Shown: positions 27,590 through 40,423 of the stretch, one piece after another | Numbering within the stretch: the first letter of the stretch is position 1 | Layout of the letters: every line of letters starts with the position of its first letter | Source of the DNA: Amoebidium appalachense | Lineage: Eukaryota; Protista; Ichthyosporea | Length of the DNA stretch: 64,000 nucleotides | Assembly (NCBI GenBank): GCA_963693365.1 | Contig: CAVNZM010000008.1 | Coordinates: forward strand, 7,016,830 to 7,080,829 | Reading direction: 5' to 3' | The notes under the pieces: model-generated | Databases searched by the model: none | Told to the model about the DNA's origin: nothing | What the model saw: only the letters and a program-made list of their open reading frames with translations | Translations under genes and position numbers: made by a program

Positions 27590-28961
27590 GGGTGATGGAC
27601 GGTGGAGCATGGCAAGGTGGGCAAGGTGGGACAAGGGGGAATAGGGGGAAGGGAGAAGGTCAGTAGGCTGGTTTATGGCAGTGGGCAACCAGGCCAGCAG
27701 GATGATCCCTGATCATCACCTTCGTTGGTTGCTTCCCTCCCTTTACCCCCCCCCCCCCCCCCCCACCACCACCACCACCTCTCACCACAACCCCTCACAC
27801 ACACACAAACACACACAGTAAAGTTAAGAGGAGTCTATTCCGACCGCGCCAACCCATTACATTTATCCCACCCTATAATAGTGTCTTTCACGTACCCATT
27901 CCTACCCACTCGCGCACCCATCCCCCCAACAACCCAACCTCTTTCCCCTCTTCCGACCCCCCCCCCCCCCCCCCCGTACCTTGATGAAATTCTCGACGGT
28001 GACGTCCTCCCCCTTGTAGTCTATCTTGACACCCTTGTACACGTCCGGCCCGTTGGGCTTATTGCTGCGCCCCAGCCAGTGTCAGCACCACCGCAGTGCA
28101 GTGCGGCCAAGAGGGGCAAGGAAAGAAGGGAGAAAACAACAAGCAGCAGTTCGGAATATTAAGCGTGGGGGGGGAGGGGGAGGGAAGGGGGGGGGGGGGG
28201 GGAGGGCAGCTGTCTAGTTTAAGGGTGGGATGGGTGTGTTGAAGGGTCGACTGATCAGGGCTGGCAAGGTAAAGGGGTCCTAGAACACATACATGATAAT
28301 GCCAGGGGTGGGGTTGCGTGGGTTGAAGGCTATGTCGTCCTTCATGAAGGTGATAATACGATCCTCGGGGTAGCCGTTCTTGCGCAGTATCTGGTAGGCG
28401 TGCGACACGTCCGCCTGCAAGGGGGGTAAGCACAGGCCTAGGCCCTCCATGCCTTCAAAGTGACACCCACACACCCACGTCATTGCTACCACACCAAACT
28501 ACGCTCCGTTACACGGCTGCTTCACTGTTACACACAGCCCAACACAAAAACGCCAAAGCAAAAGTACCCCTAAGCTTCAACTCCTTTTTCTTTTCCCTCT
28601 GCGCAAGGTGTCACCTGTTACAGCTGACACCCCTATCAACACCTGCCTTGCACTTATGCCAAGCCAGGCAGCACTAACCAGCTAAACCACACCCCTCTTC
28701 TGCACTATTAACCGAGATCCACAAGAGTAACTTCGCCAACCACACCCATCTACTCTTCTCCACCCCTAACCAGCTCCACCAGAGTAACCAACCCACCCGC
28801 CCACGCACCTGGTGGCGGTAGTTGAACCAGCCGTCGCTGCCGGCCACAAGCACGGCCCAGTTGCTGCCCCCGCGGCCCTCGCCCGCCAGCCCATTGGTCA
28901 GGTGGAACGGCAGCGCGCTGGCTAGCCCTGCCGCCGCCACACACAGGAGAGCGGCACGCAT
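24707..28961 (-). CDS. LGMN: Legumain / asparaginyl endopeptidase (peptidase C13), 8 exons
   Basis: Signal peptide, then [52 protein letters not shown], catalytic FVDHG and [23 protein letters not shown], and a Cys-containing C-terminal prodomain. Stop at 24707. Confidence 0.97.
25012..25390 (+). mobile_element. Helentron-type non-autonomous element (HINE/DINE-1-like) inside a (TA)n tract in the last legumain intron
   Basis: Perfect 14-bp asymmetric subterminal inverted repeats ccagcctcggtcgg (25017-25030) and ccgaccgaggctgg (25346-25359). Partial inverted copy gaggctgg at 25036-25043. 3' hairpin atggc-gta-gccat at 25371-25383. (TA)n on both sides. Confidence 0.7.
26392..26508 (-). repeat. 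Tandem array, ~3.5 x 33 bp, starting at a legumain splice donor
   Basis: Minus-strand unit GTATGTGTGGAATGCCAGGCATGCATGCGCTTG. The first copy begins at the donor GT (26505). Confidence 0.9.
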
Positions 28962-30015
28962 GGTGAGGGTTGGTCGGGCTCTAGGAAACAGAGATAGTCC
29001 ACACTGTCAGATTGTGACAAGGAGCACTGACTGACTGACTGATGCTGCTTGCAGTGCCTGAGGACCTTATATCTCTGTTGAAGCACGAAGGGGGTAAAAG
29101 CTGATAGGTAAAGTGTCATATCCCTCACAACTTGCTGGTTTTTATTTTCTCTCACAAATTCAAGTCTACAATTTTACTTGCAAAATTATGTTGATATAAA
29201 TTTAAAATAAATACTTTAAATAAATATAAGGTAGTAGATGGTTTTGAGGCAGACAGGAAAGCTACAATATCAGAGGCTTGCCATGTCATTTGACATCTGC
29301 GACAGAAAGCATACGTTACTTTACCACGCTCTGCTTTGAGCGAATGGTATTAGGGCATGACTCAAATATAGACCAATCAGAACACCTAGCGATGATAAAC
29401 AAACAAAGGAATGTGAGCAAAGTTGAAAGGAAGTGCGTTCGTGCACTCAGTAAAAGGGTGGCAAAAGCTGCCTGAATAAATCCATATATCATCATTGATA
29501 GCACATAATTCTTCGTAGTAATCATTTTCTTTGCTTTTGCCATGGGCAAGTCAAATGGGTTCATGAATTTTGATGACGTATTGATTTGCGCGCCACCATG
29601 GCTCTTAGCCAATCAGATGCCACCTCGGTGCCAACCAAGTGCGTGGAATTTGCTTTTTATCCAGGGTGTAAGATTACTAAACGTTTAGGTGGATATATCC
29701 GAATGTTCAGGTCTAGGCTTTTCTGACCCCCAGTCCTCTATCTGGCCCAAACTGGGTGATTTGATCCGGACTTTGCAAATGTTTAGTACCCTACCCGTGT
29801 GTTAGTGAGCGGCCAGTGCGCGGCTGCTGCGGGCCGGCGTACTGGGACGTCGAGTCGCGACTCGGGGCAGCAACGATGCAGCAACGGTTAACGGTCTGAC
29901 GGACCGGTAAGGCTTGTGACACAACTCAAAAGGCCTTGCCCGGACTTGAAGTTCGAGAAGGCAAGGCGAACGGGGAAGCAGCTACAGTGTGTGCGTTTGG
30001 CGTGTGGGCTGCAGC

Positions 30016-30136
30016 ATGAGCAGAAACCGTGCTTTCAACAACGCCAGCTACGTGCTGCTGCTGGGCATAGCCGGCACCACGCTGTATGGCTTTGCGCAGA
30101 TGATGGTCGCAAAGAAGAAGGGCCAGCTGGCCTCCG
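30016..30136 (+). CDS. Exon of a small single-pass membrane protein (weakly COX7-like); gene ends unresolved
   Basis: ctgcag|C ATG..: MSRNRAFNNASYVLLLGIAGTTLYGFAQMMVAKKKGQLAS, followed by G|GTAC. Possible upstream exons start from ATG 29779. The downstream exon was not identified. Confidence 0.55.
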
Positions 30137-30958
30137 GTACAAACCCCTTCCCCCCTCCCCTCCTCTCCCCCCCCCTCCCCCCCCCCCCCCGCTCCCCGTT
30201 CTCCCCCCCCCCCTCCCCCCCCCCCCCCTCCCCCACACACACACACACATACACCCACCCCACCCCACACCACCTAGGACCCCCCAGAAATCGTCGAAAC
30301 ACCACATAAACACGCACGCAGGCTTTCCCACCTACGCCCGCACGCACGCGCGCACGTACGCACGCACGCAGGCACGCACATGCACGCATGCGCACATCCT
30401 TGGATCACACAAAAACATACACATTCCCTTCAAGGCTCACTCCTTTGATGGATTACTTACCCCCCTCCCCCGCCTCCCTCCCTTTCCCCCCCCCACTCCG
30501 CCTCCTTCCCTCCCTCTCATTCCCCATTTCCCTTCCCTCCTCCATCCCTTCTCCCCCCTCCCCCTCCCTCCCCCCCCCCCCCCTCCCCCCGTATGGCACT
30601 TTCCTCACACAAACACACACACACACACACACACACATTCTCTCTCCCTCTCTCTCTCCGTCTTCCTCTCTCTCTCTGCTCTCTCTCTCTCTCTCTCTCT
30701 CTCGCTCTCTATCTCTCCCTCCCTCCCTCCCTCCCTCCCCCCTCTCTCTCCCTCCCCCCTCTCGCTCTTCTTCTCGCCCCCCCCCCCCCCCCCCCCCCTC
30801 CTTCCTTTCCCACACTTTTCACCACCATCCTCCCTCTTCTTCCCCCCCCTTCTCACCCCTTCGCCGCTGCACACCTCTATCCTCTCCCAATTAGTGTGCT
30901 TCCCCTTCCTCCCATCCCTCTCTCCCTCCCTCCCTCCCTCTCCTCTCTCTCCCTCCCT

Positions 30959-30991
<33 letters not shown>

Positions 30992-31000
30992 CCCCCCCCC

Positions 31001-31053
<53 letters not shown>

Positions 31054-31928
31054 CCCCCCCCCCCCCCCCCAGCCCCTTCGTACTGTGACTCTATACCCGG
31101 AGCCACCTCTCTCCCTTTTTTTCGTGCACAGCTCTTTCTTTTTATTGTTTCAAGAGGCTGCATTCCCCAACCTCCCTCCCTTGTAGCCCTTGCTGATTAT
31201 GCTCTTATATCCCTCGTCTGGCAAAGCTGAAGCCCCCGTGAAAAGTGCATAATCACACACGCACACACACACACACACACACACGCACACACACACACAC
31301 ACTGCTTCTCCTTGTACACGTCTTCTTTTGCAGGTTACAGCAGCTCCAACAAACAGTCTCCCCTTTCCCACACAACTCCAGCCCCCCCCCCCCCCCCCCC
31401 CTCCACCGTCCGACCTCTACTTCTTCCCCCCATGCACCTAAAAACCCGGAAGCCCTGTACTGTGCCCAGCACATCTTGGCACTGCTTTGAGCCTCCCCCC
31501 ACCCCTTCCACCTCCCCCTTCCGCCCCTCCCTCCCTTCTCTTCGTGCCTGTTTGCCATGGCCGTCTATTTTCTTGTGGCTCTCAGCTCGGTTGCCATATT
31601 TGGTGTTCGTAGAAGGTGGTTTTGGTAGATTTGGTAGATGCAAGCCAAGCCTCGGGGGGCTGCAGGCATGGGATAAGGGGAGGATGGGAGGGGGGGGGGG
31701 GGGGTTGGGTGGGGGGGAAGGGGGCAAGTTCTTGAGGCTGTGTAGCTATGGGATGCTAACTGGGAGGGGGGTAAAGCGTTTGACAATCTGGACGGCAGCG
31801 AGAAATTGGTGTTTGGCTTTAGTGCCGCACGAATGGACAGCCTGGAGGGGGCACAACAGGTGGGCAGGTGCTTTTATTGAAATCTGTTTTTTTTTTTTTT
31901 TTTTTTTTTTTTTTGGGAGAGGGGGGAA

Positions 31929-31959
<31 letters not shown>

Positions 31960-31985
31960 GGGATCATAATGGTATGTGTGTGTGT

Positions 31986-32020
<35 letters not shown>

Positions 32021-32082
32021 CTTTTAGTGCACACATGTCTTTTTGTGCGGACAGGTGTTTGAAGGCTTGGGCACTGGGAGAC

Positions 32083-32115
<33 letters not shown>

Positions 32116-32566
32116 ACCACCACCACCACCACCACCATCACCCCCTTCCCCTCCAGGTCTCCTGTGATGGAGTCTAAGGATTCTATCTATCCTTTTACCC
32201 TCCTAGCTGTTTTCATTGCGGATCCCTTTCCTTGTCGCGTGCTGAGGACAGGGAGGGGGCAAGGGCGGACATAATAGATCCGATGGGGGTTGGGATGGAG
32301 CCTACAGGAGTAGGCTGGCTGCGGGAAGGGGGGAGGGGAAGGGGGGAGGGGGAGGGAGTGCACACGGTAGCAAGGCAGAACTTGTAGCAGGCTACGAGGA
32401 AAGGGGGGGTGGGAGGGGGGGGGAGGGGGGGGGGGGGGGGGGGGCGCCTGGGGGGAGGGGAGAGATGAGAACTCTGTGCTGGCCAAGGCACTGACATGCC
32501 CCCACACAGAGCCCACCGCCACCGCACCAGCCAGCCCCCACACTCCAACAACACACAAAGTATGTT

Positions 32567-32634
<68 letters not shown>

Positions 32635-32785
32635 CGCCTCTCCCCGCCCCGCCCCCCCGGCTTCCAGCTCCCACCCACCCTCTTTCCCCTCCCGGCTCTG
32701 CCTTTCATTGCTGCGTCCTTTCTAATAGTCAATAGAGACAACCTCGTCCCCCCTCCCCCCACCCCTCCCCTCTCACACGCACTGA

Positions 32786-32943
<158 letters not shown>

Positions 32944-33352
32944 CCCTCCCCCCCCCCCCCCCTTCCCCTCCCCTCCCCGCCACACACACACACACACACC
33001 CACACTCACACACACCACCACCACCACCACCATCACCATCACCATTCCCAATACCGCCACGGCACACACAACCATGGCTTGTTGCACCTTCTCCCTGATC
33101 CATTGTTATATGGTCTTGGTGGCGCTTGTTCTTACGTATGGAGTCAACACACGTGCACAGAATTCACAGTCAAAACATGCGCACACGTGCATATAACAGA
33201 CGGAATGGCAGACGGGGATGGAGCACACGTGCCCCTACAGAGCATGTGGGGCCGTGTAGGTCCATCACCACCACCCTGCACCACCATCACTATGAACACA
33301 CAGAGGCTGGTGCTTAATAACGCACTCCTGCACGCATGCGCGCGCACACACA

Positions 33353-33386
<34 letters not shown>

Positions 33387-33675
33387 TTTACACAGCCTCC
33401 CATCGTGGGTCGACGATACACCTGGCCGATAGTGTCTGCCATTTGCCCCATGCACTGCTACCTCAAATCCTACGTCCCAGCCCCATCTACACAAGGGACT
33501 AATGGCTGGACCCTCATGTCCCTGTGGCTTGGCCACAGAGGGAGTGTAGCGGGGTACTAATATTAGTGGGTCATGGAGGTGACTGGGTGTGTATCTGGCA
33601 CCAAGCCTGTATATGGATACATTATTGTATGGCACACACAAACACATACACATACGCGCACACACGCGCGCGTGT

Positions 33676-33711
<36 letters not shown>

Positions 33712-34576
33712 GACTTCTACAGCAGCAGATACTCCTGTTCTCTTTTTGGTTCCTCTTCCTTTGTTACTTTGTTGGGCGCTTTCATGTTTGTGTGTTCAGG
33801 CCGGGGTAGGGGTGGAGGTCTGTGCAAGCCCAGATGTGGAGCACAATTGTACGTATGAGTGCAGGCCTGGCAGTGCTGCACGTGCACACCAACACCCAGC
33901 AGTGCTGGGCCACGAATGAAAACCAATCAACGAATTCACCAAGCTGAATGTTGTGGTCCTGGGTTGACTGCGGCAGAAGGCCTCCTATTAGAGTAGTGTT
34001 GTTTGGAAGGCCTTGGTTTGCAGTCCAGACTGGGGGGCAACACCGACAATTTTATAGTGCTAAATAGTTGTGTGCAAGTAGGTGCGTGTGCATGTAAACG
34101 TTTGTAGTTATGTAAATGAAATACAAGTGTGTGCTCAGTGAATGGTTGTAGATACATAAAAAAAACAGAAGGTACGTTCATGCAACACACTGCATGGACT
34201 TTGGTGTCTGATTGCATAATCGATGGACGGTTGCTGGGCCGGCTAGCGCTTTACACTGGTGGCTCACGGCATTTTAGCCTGTGTCGTTCAACTCAGAGAA
34301 CCAGAGAGAGGAGAGCTCAGGGAGACTTCAGGGGCTTACAAAATTAGCACGCACACATATGGCACGCACACATATAGCCCTCAAGCTCTGAGCACGCAAC
34401 ACGCCACAGAGTGCCCTAGCCAGCACACGGGGCCCACTGCGGTCCGCTGTGTTTGCGCCACACAAGGAGGGAAACAGGAAGAGACACACAGCTAGAGAGG
34501 GTGTGGATAGATCTACAGTAGAGGACACACACAGGCACGCACCACACAGACACGCACGTGCGCGCACTTGGTCAGT

Positions 34577-34995
34577 ATGGATGACCTGCAGGACGGGTCG
34601 CCTGGGCTCTCCCCTGCAGGTACGGACAACCCACAGCCGTGCCTGCAACTTGCACCCTCAGTAGCTGCTGGGGCCCTGCTTGGTCGGTTGTGTGCCTCCC
34701 CGTGTGCGTGTCCAGGAGGGTAACTGTGACGTGGTTATTGAGAGAGTAAGGGGGAAGAGGGATAAGGAGGGGGGAGGGGGGGTGAATGGGGAGGGGGTGG
34801 GGGGTGACGGTGTGTGTGGGGGGGGTTGGAGGGGGGGAGGGGGGAGGTGGGGGAGGGGGGGGGGGTTGTAGGGATCCCCGTATTGATTGGGTGTGGCACA
34901 GGGGAGCCTGGGCTGCCAAAGAAGAAAATGTCAGCGGGTGGCTGGGAGGAAGAGTTTGAGCCAGAGGACTTCACCCAGGGCCTACCAGAGTAGGT

Positions 34996-35088
<93 letters not shown>

Positions 35089-35234
35089 GCGCACACACAC
35101 ACACACGTGCGCGCGCACACCACACACACACAAACACGCACTAACACACACGCAAACAAACACACATATGCACGCGCGCACACCCACACCCACCCACACA
35201 CTCACGCACACTAACACTAACACTAACACACAAG

Positions 35235-35306
<72 letters not shown>

Positions 35307-35507
35307 CACGCACGCACGCCCTCACCCTCACACACCCATGCACAGACGTCGCACGAACCCACGCTTATGCACACACACACGCATACATATGCACAGACAT
35401 GGGCACACATTCATGGACATGCACGGCCACACCTGCACCTACACTCATCCACACGCACACATGAAGGCACATGCTTGCACATTGGGATACACACATGCCA
35501 ACGCTCA

Positions 35508-35574
<67 letters not shown>

Positions 35575-36753
35575 TGGCTGACCCATGCTGCATGCTGGGT
35601 CTGTCCTTTATACATAAATTATGCACACACACCATGCACAGAAGCACACACACGCACAGATATACACATACATACGCGCGTGCTCACACGCACAAGTTCA
35701 CTTGCACACGTGCATATGTGTGTGTGTGTGTGTGTTTGCGCACGCACACACACACACAAACACACAAACACACACGCGCGCGCACAAACACACACACGCA
35801 CACACACACGGGTGTGTGATGCCCGTAGCTGTAGGTATCCTGAGCACAACTTTACATTAACACACACACATACTGCACTGGCATGTATAAGCCACATAGG
35901 AACTTTCTTACGTACACACACATGTACATGCACACGCCACAATAGTAGCCCCCCCCCCCCCCCCCCCCTTCCCTCCCTCCCTACACTCTTCCCCCTTCCT
36001 CCCCCTCTTTTCACCGTGCTGCCATGCCTCTCTCTCTCTGTTTTTTTTATGGTGACACATTTTTTTTTACATCCTACCCCCCCCCCCCCCCCCCCCCCTC
36101 CCTCCCCTTCCCGTCCATCCACTTCTCTACCTTCACACCCGACCAGTTTCAGCTCACTCACACACACTTCTCAAGCACCCCTGTGGACCGTACCTCTGTG
36201 CCAGCAGGCACACACACGTGCAGACACTGCTTCACCTGCACGTGCATCCACACCGACACACATGTACAGCTCCTTTACACACTCGGTGCTCTGCATCTTG
36301 CGTTTATCTGCTGCATATGGAGATGTGGGGGGATGAATCCCTTGCGGGTGGGGAGGGCGGGGAAGGGGGGGAGGGGGGGGGGGGGGGAGGGGGTGATAAA
36401 GCACTGAGGCTGTTGCAGGACCAGGGGGCCCCTTGAGAGCATGCCGTCATTTCGGCCCCGCCTGGCCAGCAGGGGGGAGGCAGATGCAGACAGCCTGGCC
36501 GTGGCCAGCCCCACAGACTCGTACGTGCCACATGTACGCACACACACGCACACACCTGGATACATGCACGCACACACATGCACGCAGGCACACACACATG
36601 CATGGTGGGACACGCACATGCAGGCAGGCACATGTGTGGTGGCATACACATTCGCATAGTAACACACACACACACATGCAGGCAAACACACATGCATGCA
36701 GGCACACACACACGCATGCCTGGTGGCGTGCATGTGCACGTGCACACACACAC

Positions 36754-36797
<44 letters not shown>

Positions 36798-37043
36798 ACT
36801 AACCCCCCCCCCCCTCCCCCCTCCCCAGGGGCCCACTCAGCCCTTCTCTGCGTGCCGTGGACCGCTACCTGGGCAACAACAACCGCAGACCCGTGTCCCC
36901 CCTGTCCTCCCCAAACATGGCCCGTGTGCCACGCTCACCCGCAGCAATGCAAAAGGTAGCTGGACCACACTACGTCCCTCTCTGTGTGTGTGACGTCTGT
37001 GTCTAGCACACACACACACTCTCTCTCTCTCTCCCTCTCTCTG

Positions 37044-37103
<60 letters not shown>

Positions 37104-38994
37104 GCTATCTCTTTCTCTCCCTCCCCCCCCACTCCCCCTCTCTCCCTCCCTCTCTCCCTCTCTCCCTCCCTCCATCCATCCCCCCCTCCCCCCTCCCCTC
37201 CCTCTCCCTCCCTCTCCTCTCTCTCTCTCTCTCTGTGTCTGTCTGTCGTCCTCTCTCTCTCTCCCTCCCACCCCTGCCCCTCTCTTCCCAGGTCCCCCGA
37301 TGTCACATTTTCTCTCTGGGATAGACAAGGTTCAGGTGTGCACATGTGTGTATGTGTGTTTGTGTGCATGCATGTGTGTGCCTGTGTGTGATTGTTATGT
37401 GTGTTTGTGTGCATGCATGTGTGTGCCTGTGTGTGATTGTTATGTGTGTTTGTGTGCATGCATGTGTGTGCCTGTGTGTGATTGTTATGTGTGTTTGTGT
37501 GCATGCATGTGTGTGCCTGTGTGTAATTGTGCTAGCCTGTTTGTACATGTACCTGTGCATGCAAGCGTGTGCCTGTGCGTGCACCCGTGTGCCTGTGTGT
37601 TTGCGCATGTACCCGTGTGCCTGTGTGTTTGCGCATGTACCCGTGTGCCTGTGTGTTTGCGCATGTACCCGTGTGCCTGTGTGTTTGCGCATGTACCCGT
37701 GTGCCTGTGTGTTTGCGCATGTACCCGTGTGCCTTTGTGTTTGCGCATGTACCCGTGTGCCTGTGTGTTTGCGCATGTACCCGTGTGCCTGTGTGTTTGC
37801 GCATGTACCCGTGTGCCTTTGTGTTTGCGCATGTACCCGTGTGCCTGTGTGTTTGCGCATGTACCCGTGTGCCTGTGTGTTTGCGCATGTACCCGTGTGC
37901 CTGTGTGTTTGCGCATGTACCCGTGTGCCTGTACCCACACCCACTGATCCACGGTGCAGATGCGACTCAACGACTCATTTGAAGACCTGGGCAACCCGTT
38001 CAGTTTCGACAACGAAGACACATTCAGGTGGGTGGGTGTGGGGGATAGGTATTCTGGTGTGCCTTTGGCTGTGGTCGTGCGAGGTTTTGGGCTGGGGAGA
38101 AGTGTGGGGAGGGGGGAGGGGAGGGGGTAGTGGACACACGGAAATGGATGTGTGGAGGCGTGTGTGAGAGGCAGGCATGTTGATTGAAGTAGGGGTGGGG
38201 GGGGGGGGGGGGGGGGGGGGGGATGACAAGATGGCAGGGAAGATTGGCAGATGTGGAGTCGAAGAGGTGATTTGATTGGTATGAAAGGGTGGGGGGGAGG
38301 GGGGGGGGGGGGCGGAGATGGTGGTGGTGGTGGTGGTTTTTTTTTTGGGGGGGGGGGGGGAGGGGGGGGTCTAGACGTGACTTGGAAGGGGTGGATGGGG
38401 TGCAGCGATATATATATAGGAAGGGGGGAAGGGATGGTTGGGTGGGATGGATCAGGTCAGCTTTTCTTTTAAAGCGGGGTTAATGTGGTTAAGTAAAAAG
38501 GACTAGGGTGAAAAAGTTTTACCTACTTTGTAGGCAGGGAAGGGTGCAGATAGCCATGTGTGTGTGTGTGCGCGCGCGAAAGGAGGGGGCGGGGGAGGGG
38601 GGGGGGGGGGGGGAGGGGGGGAGGGGAGGGGGGGATTTACTCTTGTGGGTTGGTGGGTATGTGTGTGTGTGTCGGGGGGGGGGGGGGGGACTAGAGGTTA
38701 AGCTTTGTAAATCTGCAAGTGGGTTGTCGTGGAGGAGGGTAGGGTGAGGGGAGGTTGCAGAGGTTAATTTATGCAGGCGGAAGGGTAACTTATTAGGGCT
38801 GGGGCAGCAGGCAGGAGAGCACCGGTCTGTCCAAGTTTGAGCTGCTGCAGAGGGAAATCGACGAACTAAGACGTAAGAGGGTGGGGAGGGGAAGGGGGAG
38901 GGGGGAGGGGGGGGAGAGGGGGGGAGGGGGGGGGGGGGGTTGGACGGGCGGGCAGGGGGAGGGAGGGGAGGGGGGGGGGGGGGGGGATGGCAGG

Positions 38995-39031
<37 letters not shown>

Positions 39032-39172
39032 GGGGATGGCAGGCAGAGGGGGTGGGGGGGAGCAGAAAGGGGGGGGGGGGGGGGGGGGGTAGCAGAATGG
39101 TGATGGATGGGTCGACGCTGGGTGGTGGGAGATAGGGCAGGCGGGCTGGTGGTATGAGTTTTTTTTTTTTTT

Positions 39173-39203
<31 letters not shown>

Positions 39204-40376
39204 GGGGGGGAGGGGGCGGCATGGAACAAGTGAGGAAAGGGTTGGGCACCAGCAGGGTGTGAGGCTGAGTGGTTGGTGCAGGGGACAGGGCACAGCTGGA
39301 AGCAGCCCTGCTGGAGAGAGAAAAGCCACCCAGTGTGGCCACTACAATGCACGCACTGTGGTGGGTGCCATGGGCTTGTGCAGGGGCACGCCTGCATGTG
39401 CAGGCATACAGCACGGACGCATGCATGCACCGAGACACATCAACACGTTCGTGCACGCAGACAGGCAAATGCATGCAGGGCGAACCCCAGGCACCTGCGG
39501 GCACCGGCGCATGTACACTTGCATAGGCACAGGCGTAACAATCACGGTCACACTCATGCCGTGCACCGGCACACAGAGAAAGGAAGAGATGTTGAACTAG
39601 GCCCGTATTGTCCGCCCAGCATGTGTACACATGCACAACCATACGGCCAGCTTGCATGGCACATGCACAGCACGCTGTAGCTGACTGCATGTTGTGCAGG
39701 CAGAACGAGTACAGCATTGTGGAGCTGCACAGGGGGCTGGAGGAGAAGCTGCTGCTGCTGGACACAGCATTGGACTGGCACGATGGCGACACAGTCACAC
39801 ACGTGCTGCTGCTCATGCGGGTACGTGCACATGCGCACAGGTGTAGCCACACGTCCACGTGTTTGCAGGCATTAGCCACGTGTGCACGGGCATGTAGGAT
39901 ACATAGCTTATGGAAGCATGGCTATGCATTTTTCATATGGGTACACAAGCACACGCATGGACACGCACACCCACACACATGCTTACACACACACGGGCAC
40001 GTACCACGTGCACACCCATGCGCGCACATACACACCCAGTAACACACACACACACACGTACACACACACATACACACTGACCGTGCACGTGCAGGCCACG
40101 TTGAACTACGGGATATTCCGTGAGGCCGTTTCGACCCGACCGGTAGCCCTCAAGCACTGGATCTTCTACCTCGAGTCCAGGGGTAGCTGGAAGGTGCATG
40201 CGCGTGCGCGTGTCTAGTGTGTGTTTTGCAAGGGAGGCGGGTGGGGAGGGGAGGGGGGGTGGAAGTGGTGTGTGTGTGTGTGGGTGTGTGTGTGTGGGTG
40301 TGAGTGTGGGTGTGTATACGTGTGTTTGGGGGAGCGGGGGTGGAGGTGGTGTGTGTGTGTGTGTGTGCGCGCCCGC

Positions 40377-40423
<47 letters not shown>

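Noticed and set aside
33074-33432. Possible tiny two-exon secreted peptide MACCTFSLIHCYMVLVALVLT..
   Set aside because: Only ~32 aa, with no homology cue and weak codon bias.
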